Shown: one piece after another, positions 18,777 to 27,852 of the stretch
Position numbering within the stretch: the stretch's first letter is position 1
Layout of the letters: the number at the start of each line of letters is the position of its first letter
Assembly: GCA_021817345.1 (NCBI GenBank)
Contig: JAKAVC010000099.1
Location: 18,338 to 82,337 of the forward strand
Origin: Deltaproteobacteria bacterium
GTDB lineage: Bacteria; Desulfobacterota; Binatia; Binatales; Binataceae
Length of the DNA stretch: 64,000 nucleotides
Direction: 5' to 3'
Program-made: the position numbers and the translations under genes
Notes under the pieces: model-generated
Seen by the model: only the letters and a program-made list of their open reading frames with translations
Database searches by the model: none
Told to the model about the DNA's origin: nothing

Positions 18777-20216
18777 ATGGACGGCGAAAAGGTTGCGCGC
18801 GTACGCGCGCTTCGCGCCCGGCTCGACCATCCGGTTATCGACGGCGACGGCCATCTGATCGAACCCGCGCCGCTCTATCAGCATTACCTGCGAAAGCTCG
18901 GCGGCAGGGATCTCGTCGAGCGCTACCAGCGCGAACTTAGCGAGCATCCCACCGGCTCGCGCGGGAATCGCGACACGGGCGACATGCGCGGCGCATGGTG
19001 GGGCGTCGGCAACAACGCCTACGACCTTGCCACCGTGATGGCGCCCAGGCTGCTCCATCAGAGACTCGAGGAAATCGGAATCGACTTCGCGGTGATGTAC
19101 CCGACGCTCGGCCTTGCGCTGCCCACGATTTACGACCGCGACGTGCGGCGCGCGGCGGTCCGCGCGCTCAACAGGATGAACTCGGAGATCTGCGGGCCAT
19201 ATCGCGATCGCCTTGCGCCAGCCGCGGCAATCCCGATGCATACGCCCGAGGAGGCGCTCGAGGAACTCGACTTCGCGCACGCGCAGGGTTTCAAGGTCGC
19301 GATGATCCCGCCCGGAGTCGCGCGCCCGATCCCCTCGCTCGAACGGTCGCATCCTGAGGCGTTCCCTGCCGCCGCCTACTTCGACTGCTACGGGCTCGAC
19401 AGCTTTTACGACTACGATCCGGTGTGGCGCAAATTCGAGGAAGTCGGATTCGCCGTGACCTCGCACGGCGGCGTGGGACTTCGCTATCTGCCGCTCGGAC
19501 GGCGCTCGCCGAGTAATTACATGTTCAACCATATCGGCGGGCACGCCTATCAGCAGGGCGAACTGTGCCGCTCGCTGGTGTTCGGCGGAGTGCCCGCGCG
19601 CTTTCCGAACCTCGCCTTCGGATTCCTCGAATGCGGCGCGGGATGGGCCGTGGATTTGCTCCATTCGCTCGAAGAGCACTGGGAGAAGCGCAACCTCGAA
19701 GGGCTCAAGAACTACGACCCGCGCCTGCTCGATCGCGCGCGGCTCAACCAGTTGCTCGTCGAGTACGGAGGCGGGGAATTCGTCGCCGCGCCCTCGGGCG
19801 AACGGCTTGGCCGCGCCTACGACGAGGGAATCGCGCGCCATGACCGCGAGGCGGATCGCGACGAGTGGGCGCGATGCGGCGTCAGGGAGGAACGCGATTT
19901 TGCGCGGCTCTTCTCGAACTTCTTCTTCGGATGTGAAGCCGACGACCCGAGCGTTTATCGCGCGCTCGACTCGCGCGCCAATCCGTTCAAGCACCGTTTC
20001 CAGGTGGTCTTCAGTTCCGATATCGGCCATTGGGACGTTCCCGATATCAAGACCGTGCTGCTCGAGAGCCATCGCCTGGCGGACAAGGGACTTATCAGCG
20101 ACGCCGACTATCGCGACTTCGTGTTCACCTATCCGGCGCGCCTGCACATGAAGGCGAATCCGGGTTTCTTCAAGGGCACTGTCGTCGAAGGCGCGACCTC
20201 GAAGCTTGCCGCATGA
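18777..20216 (+). CDS. Amidohydrolase-2 family (TIM-barrel metal-dependent hydrolase/decarboxylase)
   Basis: IDGDGHLIEP at the N-terminus and VVFSSDIGHWDVPD give an HxH...D metal-ligand pattern. Confidence 0.75.
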   Translation: MDGEKVARVRALRARLDHPVIDGDGHLIEPAPLYQHYLRKLGGRDLVERYQRELSEHPTGSRGNRDTGDMRGAWWGVGNNAYDLATVMAPRLLHQRLEEIGIDFAVMYPTLGLALPTIYDRDVRRAAVRALNRMNSEICGPYRDRLAPAAAIPMHTPEEALEELDFAHAQGFKVAMIPPGVARPIPSLERSHPEAFPAAAYFDCYGLDSFYDYDPVWRKFEEVGFAVTSHGGVGLRYLPLGRRSPSNYMFNHIGGHAYQQGELCRSLVFGGVPARFPNLAFGFLECGAGWAVDLLHSLEEHWEKRNLEGLKNYDPRLLDRARLNQLLVEYGGGEFVAAPSGERLGRAYDEGIARHDREADRDEWARCGVREERDFARLFSNFFFGCEADDPSVYRALDSRANPFKHRFQVVFSSDIGHWDVPDIKTVLLESHRLADKGLISDADYRDFVFTYPARLHMKANPGFFKGTVVEGATSKLAA

Positions 20217-20266
20217 ACCGGCGGCGCGTCCTCGCGCAATGGGCGGCGAAGGTTTACCGTTAACTC

Positions 20267-21811
20267 ATGAACGGAGCCGAGAGTCTGATTCGTACCGCGC
20301 TTCAGGCGGGCGTCGAGGTGTGCTTCGCCAACCCCGGAACCACTGAGATGCCGCTGGTTGCGGCGCTCGACGCGGTTGACGGGATGCGCGCCGTGCTCGG
20401 GCTTTTCGAAGGCGTGTGCACGGGCGCGGCCGACGGTTACGCGCGGATGGCCGACAAGCCCGCGCTCACGCTGCTTCATCTCGGACCCGGTTTCGCCAAC
20501 GGAATCGCGAACCTTCATAACGCGCGCCGCGCGCGCTCGCCGGTCGTCAATCTGATCGGCGACCACGCGACCTGGCACGCCGGCGCAGACGCTCCGCTTA
20601 CGTCAGATATCGTCTCGCTCGCGCGTCCCGTCTCGGCGTGGATCAGAAGCGTCAGCGACTCGCGTTCGCTCGCCTTTGACACGGCGCAGGCGATCGCGGC
20701 GGCGAAAAAATACCCTGGCCGCGTATCGACGCTGATAATTCCGTCGGATTGCCAATGGGGTCCCACCGAAGGCCCCGCCGCACCGCTCGCCGCCGAAGGT
20801 CCCGCTCCCGTCGAGGCAGCGCAAATAGAGCGCGCGGCGCGGCTGCTCCGCGACGGTGAAAAGACCGCGCTTCTGCTCGGCGGCCGGGCGCTTCGCGAAC
20901 CTGCGCTCATCGCCGCCGGACGAATCGCGGCGACGACCGGATGCCGGCTTTTGTGCGAGACGTTCCCGGCGCGACTTGAACGCGGCGCCGGGATGCCCGT
21001 GGTCGAACGGCTGCCGTATTTCCCCGAGCAGGCGATAGAGACGCTCGCGCCGCTGCGCTCGCTCATTCTTGCCGGCGCGACGAGCCCGGTCGCGTTCTTC
21101 GGCTATCCGAACACGCCGAGTTCGCTCGTGCCCGACGGCGTTGAAGTCGCGGCGCTGGCCGCGCCCGAGCAGGACGCGGCGGGCGCGCTGGAAGCGCTCG
21201 TGCACGAACTCAAGCTCGGACGGACGGAACCGTCGATGGCGCCGCTTTCGCCGCCGCCCAAACCTTCCGGCGCGCTTAACCCGATCACGGTCGGGGCGGC
21301 GCTGGCCGCGACGCTGCCCGCTAATGCAATCGTGATGGACGAAGCCGCCACCACCGGGTTTCCGTTCTTCGCCGTCTCCTCATCGGCGCCGCGCCACAGC
21401 TACCTTGCGCTGACCGGAGGCGCGATCGGGCAGGGACTTCCGTGCGCGACCGGAGCCGCGATCGCCTGTCCGGAGCGCCGCGTCGTCGCATTTCAGGCCG
21501 ACGGCAGCGCGATGTACACGGTGCAGGCGCTATGGACGCAGGCGCGCGAGAGCCTGAACGTCACAACGCTGCTCTGCAACAACCGCAGCTATCGAATCCT
21601 GCAGGTCGAACTCGCGCGTTCGGGAGTGACCGAGCCGGGACGCAAGGCGAAGTCGCTGATGAGCCTCGCCTCGCCGGACCTCGACTGGGTCGCGCTCGCC
21701 AGGGGGATGGGCGTTGCGGCGGTTCGCGTTCAGAACGCCGACGAGCTGGTCGCCGCGCTCGAGCGCTCGTTCTCGCAGCAGGGACCGAACTTTATCGAGA
21801 TGATGCTTTGA
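20267..21811 (+). CDS. Thiamine-pyrophosphate enzyme (acetolactate-synthase / benzoylformate-decarboxylase-like)
   Basis: The N-terminal PYR domain [21 protein letters not shown] and the C-terminal TPP-binding GDGS/NN-type region ([15 protein letters not shown]...LCNN) are present. Confidence 0.8.
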   Translation: MNGAESLIRTALQAGVEVCFANPGTTEMPLVAALDAVDGMRAVLGLFEGVCTGAADGYARMADKPALTLLHLGPGFANGIANLHNARRARSPVVNLIGDHATWHAGADAPLTSDIVSLARPVSAWIRSVSDSRSLAFDTAQAIAAAKKYPGRVSTLIIPSDCQWGPTEGPAAPLAAEGPAPVEAAQIERAARLLRDGEKTALLLGGRALREPALIAAGRIAATTGCRLLCETFPARLERGAGMPVVERLPYFPEQAIETLAPLRSLILAGATSPVAFFGYPNTPSSLVPDGVEVAALAAPEQDAAGALEALVHELKLGRTEPSMAPLSPPPKPSGALNPITVGAALAATLPANAIVMDEAATTGFPFFAVSSSAPRHSYLALTGGAIGQGLPCATGAAIACPERRVVAFQADGSAMYTVQALWTQARESLNVTTLLCNNRSYRILQVELARSGVTEPGRKAKSLMSLASPDLDWVALARGMGVAAVRVQNADELVAALERSFSQQGPNFIEMML

Positions 21812-22454
21812 CAGCGGGCGCGATTCGAGGATCCGCGGAATCGAGCCGCGCGAGGGCTGCGTCCAATTCTCCGAGCGTCGCGATACGGTGGCGATGCTCC
21901 ACGCGAGCGCCAACCGCAAGGAACCCGACGCCAGCCGCTTGCGCGGCTTCGCGATCGATCGGACTGTCGCCGAGGTAGAGGGCTCGCTCGGGCGCGACGC
22001 CCGCGCGCTTGAGGCATAGCGCAAGGATGTCCGGCGCGGGCTTGGGGCGCACCTTGTCGTGTGCGCTCGCGATCGCGTCGAACACGTCGGCAAGTCCAAG
22101 ATGCGCCACGAGCGGAGCGACCGTCGCCGAGCGGTTGGTTGCAAGCCCGAGCCGGTAGCGGCGCTTCAGTTCGAGCATGAAGGGGCGCAGATCGAAGGGC
22201 GGTCTCAGCAGCTTGAAAAACGGCGTCGAATCCAGGTTACGCGCAATTTCGTACATCCGCGAAAGCATTTCACGCCTTCCCCCCGCGCGCATCTCGAAGA
22301 CCTGGCCGGCCGCGTAAGAGATGCTCGCGGCGCGCTCCTCGGCATCCAGCGGCGGCTCGCCGATACGGGCGAAGATCGCGTTGTAATACGCGATATTGGA
22401 TTCGTATGAATCGAACAGGACGCCGTCGGCGTCGAACATCACAAATTCTATCAA
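21792..22454 (-). CDS. HAD-superfamily hydrolase (subfamily IA)
   Basis: [13 protein letters not shown] (motif I DxDGV), LATN (motif II) and YLGDSPID (motif IV) are present. Confidence 0.8.
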   Translation of the reverse strand: MIEFVMFDADGVLFDSYESNIAYYNAIFARIGEPPLDAEERAASISYAAGQVFEMRAGGRREMLSRMYEIARNLDSTPFFKLLRPPFDLRPFMLELKRRYRLGLATNRSATVAPLVAHLGLADVFDAIASAHDKVRPKPAPDILALCLKRAGVAPERALYLGDSPIDREAAQAAGVGFLAVGARVEHRHRIATLGELDAALARLDSADPRIAPAVKASSR

Positions 22455-22466
22455 TTTACCGAAGGT

Positions 22467-22979
22467 TTATTCTGACCGACGCGGAGGATTGAGGCGAGTG
22501 CGCGCCTTCGAAGCGCCGCCCCGGCGTTGCGCCGGTATCGCGCGTATCACCGGTGTGGTTGTCCGGGCGTCGATTTTACTTCCGCAGTGCGAGCACACCA
22601 GCGTCGGACGGGTCTTGTAGCCGCACTCGCGATGGACCAGTTCGACCGGCGGACCGCCTTCGCACGCCATCCACTTGTCGCCCCATCGGAGCATCGCAAC
22701 CAGTATCGGATACAGGTCGAGTCCCTTGGCCGTGAGCCAGTATTGGACGTGATCGCCAGGCGGCGCGTTCTCGATTCGTTCGAAAATTCCGTTACGCACC
22801 AGCGCCCTGAGCCTCGCGCTCAGAATATTGCGCGCAACCCCTGTGCGAGCCTGGAATTCATCGAAGCGGCGGCGGCCCAAAAACGCCTCGCGCAGTATGA
22901 GCATCGTCCATCGCTCGCCCACGACCGAAAGCGCCCGCGCAACCGAGCAGGTCGTTTCGCCGACCGATTCCCAGCGCAT
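22467..22979 (-). CDS. HxlR-family winged-helix transcriptional regulator with C-terminal Cys-rich (zinc-ribbon-like) tail
   Basis: CSVARALSVVGERWTMLILREAF...RTGVARNILSARL is the HxlR core. The tail is ...ECGYKTRPTLVCSHCGSK. The start was chosen at MRWESVGE (ATG 22979). It is divergent from the quinone oxidoreductase gene. Confidence 0.7.
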   Translation of the reverse strand: MRWESVGETTCSVARALSVVGERWTMLILREAFLGRRRFDEFQARTGVARNILSARLRALVRNGIFERIENAPPGDHVQYWLTAKGLDLYPILVAMLRWGDKWMACEGGPPVELVHRECGYKTRPTLVCSHCGSKIDARTTTPVIRAIPAQRRGGASKARTRLNPPRRSE

Positions 22980-23197
22980 CGCAGTTCCCTGATCCAGCCG
23001 CCCGAGGTCCGCTGAAAAGCGGCGCTCACGCGAGCTTCGCGCTCCATCGTTTTTATAGTTGCATTTCGAAACCGTGGGCGCTAGGTCTCGAAACTGCTGT
23101 CCCGCGCCGATCCAACGTGGTGAATGCCCCTGCGCGACAAACACAATCCGCGCGGGGACGCTGATTCTTACGACGCCGCGCGCGGGAGGAGGAAAAC

Positions 23198-24169
23198 GTG
23201 AAAGCGATCCAATTCGACAGGCTCGGCGGAGCCGAGGTGCTGAAACTGGTTGAAACCGCGATTCCCGAAGTGAGGCCGGGGACCGTTCTCGTGAAAAATC
23301 ACGCGATCGGCGTCAATTTCGCCGATACGCTGTTCAGGCAGGGACAGTACGCGATGGCGCCGAAGCTGCCGGATACGCCGGGCTTCGAATCCGCCGGCGT
23401 AATCGAAAAGGTCGGCGACGGCGTTGGCGCCGAACTCAGGCTCGGGATGCGGGTCGCGGCAATCGGCGTGCAAGCTTACGCGGAGTACTCGCTCGCGCGC
23501 GCGTCAACGGTGATACCCCTGCCCGACTTCGTAAGTTTCGAGGAAGGCGCGGCGTTTCCAATCCAGGTGCTGACCGCGTGGCACCTGCTGCACTCATGCC
23601 ATCAGACGCGCGCGGGCGAGACCGTGGTCGTGCATTCCGCCGCGGGCGGAGTCGGGCTTTCCGCAATCCAGATCGCCAAGGCGGCCGGCGCGCGGGTTAT
23701 CGGCACGGTTTCGAGCGAATCGAAGGCCTCGCTCGCGCGGGAATACGGCGCCGACGAGGTCATCAATTACGCGACAAGCGATTTCTCCGCGGAAGTGATG
23801 AAGCTGACCGGACGGCGCGGCGCCGATCTGGTTCTCGACGCCGTGGGCAAGCCCACCTTCGAGAAGGGACTCGCGTGCCTCGCTCCGATGGGCCATCTGG
23901 TGCTTTACGGACGCGCGGGCGGACCGCCCGAGCCGCTCAACGTCTTCAGGCTGTTCGAGAAATCGACCAAGGTCAGCGGCTTCATGCTCAACCAGGCGCA
24001 TACCGGCGCGGAGCGATGGCGGCGCGGAATCGATGATTCGTTTCGCCTGATGAAGGAAGGCAAGCTTAGACTGCTCATCGGAAAAACTTTTCCGCTCGCG
24101 AACGCCGCCGAGGCGCATCGCTTCATGGAGTCGCGCGCGTCGGTGGGAAAACTGATTCTCAAGCCCTGA
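23198..24169 (+). CDS. NADPH:quinone oxidoreductase / zinc-type alcohol dehydrogenase-like (MDR family)
   Basis: MKAIQFDRLGGAEVLKLVE..., AAGGVGLSAIQIAKAAGARVIGTVSS. Confidence 0.85.
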   Translation: MKAIQFDRLGGAEVLKLVETAIPEVRPGTVLVKNHAIGVNFADTLFRQGQYAMAPKLPDTPGFESAGVIEKVGDGVGAELRLGMRVAAIGVQAYAEYSLARASTVIPLPDFVSFEEGAAFPIQVLTAWHLLHSCHQTRAGETVVVHSAAGGVGLSAIQIAKAAGARVIGTVSSESKASLAREYGADEVINYATSDFSAEVMKLTGRRGADLVLDAVGKPTFEKGLACLAPMGHLVLYGRAGGPPEPLNVFRLFEKSTKVSGFMLNQAHTGAERWRRGIDDSFRLMKEGKLRLLIGKTFPLANAAEAHRFMESRASVGKLILKP

Positions 24170-24398
24170 CAACGAATACGTATCGAAGGGCAAGCTTATG
24201 GAATCGGGAAGGAGCGGCCGGTCGCCGCTCGGAGTCGGACCGGGGTTTGGGTGCGGCGCTCGCCGAAGGATACGCCGTCGCGTTGGTCGTGCGTCCGCGC
24301 CTCCGTTCGCTTGGATAGCCGCGCGAGCGTGCAGTAAACGACCCTGCTCACCGGACCCACCGCCGGAAACGAACTTGAAAATCCTTTTTTCCCGCGGC

Positions 24399-25823
24399 CT
24401 ATTGTAGGGTGCTCAGCGCAAACGTGCTGCTCGTGCCGCGCTCCCACCCGTCCCATAGGAAGTCCCGCTCTGTGCCGTCGGCGATCACGCGCAGCGCGTA
24501 GCGCACTTGCTCTTGATAGAACTCGCAGAAGCCGCCCATGCTGGCGACCGAGCCGTTCATCGCGTGCGCCTCGGCGGGGCAGGGCGCCCCGCAGAAATGG
24601 CGAATTGCGCATTCCTTGCAGGCTTCGATGTCTTCGACGCGTCGGCTCGTGACCGACTTGCACGCCTCGCTTTCGAGAATTACCGCAAGATCATCCTCGA
24701 AGATATTACCCGCGCGGAAGACCGGCAGGCCGACGAACTCGCTGCACGGAAACACGTCGCCGTTGGCCGCCACGGCGAAGAAGCAACGGCCCGCACCACA
24801 GGGTGAAATGTCGCACATCAGCCGCCGCGCCGTCGGGGCGAGGATGGCAGTCAGCGTATTGGCGAAGTTTGCAATCACAAGCTTGCGCCCGGTCCGCGCA
24901 TAGAGCTCGTGAGCACGGTCGATCGCGGCGAGGAAATGCGAAGCCGCGGCGCGGTCTGGCGGCTTGATTGCGCGGGAGGCAGGCATCGTGCAGCGAAGCA
25001 CGTTCAGCATCGCGGCAGGGACATGATGCGCATGGAGAAACTCGACCATCCCCGGCAGATGGCGCATGTTCTCGCGCGTGATGGTCGTAATGACGCTCCA
25101 TCTCGGGTAATCCCTGAGGCGCTCCATCGCCGATACAACGGTCGCGTAAGCGCCTTTGCCGGCCCACGAATGCCGCGTGCGATCCGCGATCTCTGCGATC
25201 GGAGCGTCGAGCGATATCCCGATGCCGACGTCGCGCGAGAGCAGGAAGTTCCGCGCGTTCTCGTCCAGCAATGTCGCGTTGGTTTGAATGCCGAAGCGGA
25301 AAACTCCGGCAAAAGCGTCGATGCCGGCGAATACCGCGTCGCGGTTCAGCAGTGGCTCCGCCCCATGGAAGACCATTTGCGGCGGCGGCGCGCCGGGGGG
25401 CTGCGTGTCCTTGAAAAAATGCGCGAGCCGCCCGAGGGCGTCAAGCAACCTGGACGCCGACATGTGCCGGCCGCGCCGGCGAGTCGTTGGCGGAATATAA
25501 CAGTAGGTACAGTTCAGATTGCAGCGGTCGGTCGGGTTGAAGTAGACGGCCGACGGCTTGATGCCGAATCGCAGCGCCTCGACCTCCTGGGTGAAAGCCG
25601 GCAACTTGCGAAGGTAGCGGTCGAGGAGCTTGCGGCCGCTCAGCGCCTCGGCCAGCTTCTCCTTACGCACCAAAGCCCAGAAGGCTGTCTCGGGAGCGAG
25701 CACGGCCATGTAGCGTTCGTGCCCGATATCAAGAACCTGAAATGTCGAGTCGGCGCCGGTGTTCGGATAGGAGCCCCGCAAAAGCGGCTCATGACGGGTC
25801 CGGCCCGTCGCTTTGGCAGCCAT
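24399..25823 (-). CDS. Radical SAM enzyme with C-terminal SPASM domain and N-terminal PqqD/RRE-like extension (putative peptide/cofactor maturase)
   Basis: The radical-SAM CX3CX2C motif is CNLNCTYC, at about residue 103-110. The SPASM motif Cx2Cx5Cx3C is CKECAIRHFCGAPC, with further Cys (CDISPCGAGRC, CEFY). The roughly 100-aa N-terminus contains YMAVLAPETAFWALV, reminiscent of the PqqD/RRE wHTH. Confidence 0.85.
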   Translation of the reverse strand: MAAKATGRTRHEPLLRGSYPNTGADSTFQVLDIGHERYMAVLAPETAFWALVRKEKLAEALSGRKLLDRYLRKLPAFTQEVEALRFGIKPSAVYFNPTDRCNLNCTYCYIPPTTRRRGRHMSASRLLDALGRLAHFFKDTQPPGAPPPQMVFHGAEPLLNRDAVFAGIDAFAGVFRFGIQTNATLLDENARNFLLSRDVGIGISLDAPIAEIADRTRHSWAGKGAYATVVSAMERLRDYPRWSVITTITRENMRHLPGMVEFLHAHHVPAAMLNVLRCTMPASRAIKPPDRAAASHFLAAIDRAHELYARTGRKLVIANFANTLTAILAPTARRLMCDISPCGAGRCFFAVAANGDVFPCSEFVGLPVFRAGNIFEDDLAVILESEACKSVTSRRVEDIEACKECAIRHFCGAPCPAEAHAMNGSVASMGGFCEFYQEQVRYALRVIADGTERDFLWDGWERGTSSTFALSTLQ

Positions 25824-26822
25824 GGGCGTTTACCGAATGAGGCCAATTCGGCCGGGGAGTGTCTGCGACCGTATGCTCGCGTGCATCGAGCTTCGAGCTA
25901 CGCTTCGGCCCAACGGGAACGCCGGCGAGTCGTTGGGGATTTGGCCGACGACCTCGATGCTCCATCGAGGAGAATATAGTGGGTAAGGCCGGTGCCGCCT
26001 GGCGTGCAACGCCTGCGCGTCGCGATCACGTCCTGACCCCTGTGGTTCTGGCTTGAATCCCTACGCTTCATGAGCACGCCCTTCCCGTTCCCTGTCATCC
26101 TCTGGATTTCGTATTGGCGGAAGCGGCGTTTCCGGCAATCAACGCGTCGGAATGACTCATCTGAAATTCCCGTTTCGGAAATTTCAAACACGCGATTTCT
26201 ACCTCGGTGGCCGCACCGGTGTCAACTCGCCGCCCGCTTCGAGCCCTTTCAGTTGCTTTGCAAAACCAGTGTCGCGCCGACCCTCGCCATTATCCGCGTT
26301 GACACGGCGCGGTTGGCGCGATAGCAGAGGATTGAAGCGGGCGAGATGGCAGCAAGGCCCGTAATAATCTTGCGGTCTGAAATCCCGAGTATGCCCAGCG
26401 ACTTCACAATTAAGCGCCGCCGCGGGCGGGTTTCCGAGCCATGAGGACATCTTCCGCCACCGGACGCGGTCCTGCCAGACACGCGAGGCGACCTGCCAAG
26501 GTGATTCCCCTGCCCACGCCGAAGTTCGTGCGACGCAAGCGACTGATTAGGCTTGCGGTTGCACTGGCGGTGGCACTGCTTGCCATCGCGATGGCGGCAA
26601 GGCTCTTCATCGCGCGAGCGACCTTATCGCATTCGTATCGCGTGCAGGAACCGAGTGAACGCGGCCCGGGAATCCTCCCGATGGCCTACCACGCATTGCG
26701 CGCGGTTCCGCACGGCGGAGCCGGAATCCGGGCGTTGTCCGGCGTCTGACCTTTCGAACGTCTTGCCGTCCGACGACAAAAACGCGCTGCCGCCAACGCT
26801 TGGTTTTGCGCAAATCGCGGCG

Positions 26823-27797
26823 ATGGCGGCGGGGCACGCGGAGGCGCGCGCGCTTCAGACCGCGCTCAAGCTTGGAGTTTTCGAGGCGCTGGCCAGGAGC
26901 GACGCGAGCGCCGACGCTCTAGCGCACGCGCTCGGCTGCGACGCCCGGGCAACCGGTCTTCTTGCCAACGCGATGGTGGCAATGGGCCTTCTCGCCAAGA
27001 GCGACGGGCGTTTTCGGCTCGGCGAACCGGCGCGCCGTTATCTGCTCCGGTCTTCACCCGAATACCTGGGCGGCATGATCCTGTTCGACGAAGCGCTGTG
27101 GGACGTATGGGGTCGGCTCGACAAATCGGTCCGAAGCGGCAGGCCGGCGCGCACGCCCGACATGTTTCAGAGCAGACCCGAGGAGACGTTTCGCTTCATA
27201 AGCGCGATGGACAGCCTGGTCCGGGCGCGCGGCGATGCGTGCTACCTTGCGGATAATCTCGATCTCGGCGGCGTAAGCAGAATCATGGACGTGGGCGGAG
27301 GGCCGGGAACTTACGTGGCGGCGATGCTTCGGCGATGGCCCGGGATGCGCGGCGTGATATGCGACCTTCCCGCGACGCTTGCAGTCGCGCGGCAAATCCT
27401 TGCCGAGCGCGAGCCCGACGTGACGGACCGGATCGAACTGGTCGCGCTCGATTACCGCCGCGATGAACTTCCCGGACCGTGCGACGCGCTCTTCATGTCG
27501 AACATCATCCACAGCGAGCCGCCGGAAACCAACCGGATGCTGATGGGCAAGTGCTTTCGCGCGCTCGCGGCGTGCGGGCGCGTGATCATCAAGGATCACA
27601 TCATGAACGCGGAGATGACCGAGCCGCGCGCGGGCGCGATCTTCTCGTTGTACCTGCTGCTCACCACCCACGGGCGCGATTACAGCCTTGACGAAGTGCG
27701 GCGATGGCTCGAAGACGCCGGTTTCACCGCGATCAGGGAGCTTGCGATGAAGGGCGGACCATTCACTTCTTCGCTGGTCGTCGGGGAAAAACCCTGA
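26823..27797 (+). CDS. Class I SAM-dependent O-methyltransferase (family-2 O-MT with N-terminal dimerisation/wHTH domain)
   Basis: LKLGVFEALA...ADALAHALGCDARATGLLANAMVAMGLL is the dimerisation domain. MDVGGGPGTYVAAM is motif I and VICDLP follows. The ORF is open from 26553; ATG 26823 was chosen, so the start is uncertain. Confidence 0.75.
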   Translation: MAAGHAEARALQTALKLGVFEALARSDASADALAHALGCDARATGLLANAMVAMGLLAKSDGRFRLGEPARRYLLRSSPEYLGGMILFDEALWDVWGRLDKSVRSGRPARTPDMFQSRPEETFRFISAMDSLVRARGDACYLADNLDLGGVSRIMDVGGGPGTYVAAMLRRWPGMRGVICDLPATLAVARQILAEREPDVTDRIELVALDYRRDELPGPCDALFMSNIIHSEPPETNRMLMGKCFRALAACGRVIIKDHIMNAEMTEPRAGAIFSLYLLLTTHGRDYSLDEVRRWLEDAGFTAIRELAMKGGPFTSSLVVGEKP

Positions 27798-27852
27798 CAG
27801 AAACATCGGCGCCCGGCCTTGCGCCATCGGGCGCGCCGCGATCTGCTATGGT

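Noticed and set aside
18549-20147. 532-aa minus-strand ORF opposite the amidohydrolase gene
   Set aside because: The plus-strand frame has the amidohydrolase metal-ligand motifs. The minus frame is low-complexity Arg/Ala-rich.
24170-24398. Convergent spacer between the quinone reductase and rSAM genes as the site of a precursor peptide
   Set aside because: All frames give Arg/Gly/Pro-rich low-complexity translations without start/RBS context. Only a T-run (24384-24391) is notable, and it is probably a terminator.
26441-26749. 102-aa ORF with a hydrophobic LIRLAVALAVALLAIAMAARLFIA segment as a candidate small membrane protein or precursor
   Set aside because: No RBS is present, it has Arg-rich low-complexity flanks, and it overlaps the possibly extended O-MT reading frame. 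I kept it only as part of the gap finding.
26553-26822. Possible sigma-54 promoter TGGCACtgcTTGCC near 26565
   Set aside because: The spacing between the GG and GC elements is 2 nt short of the -24/-12 consensus, and it lies inside a possible N-terminal extension of the O-MT ORF.
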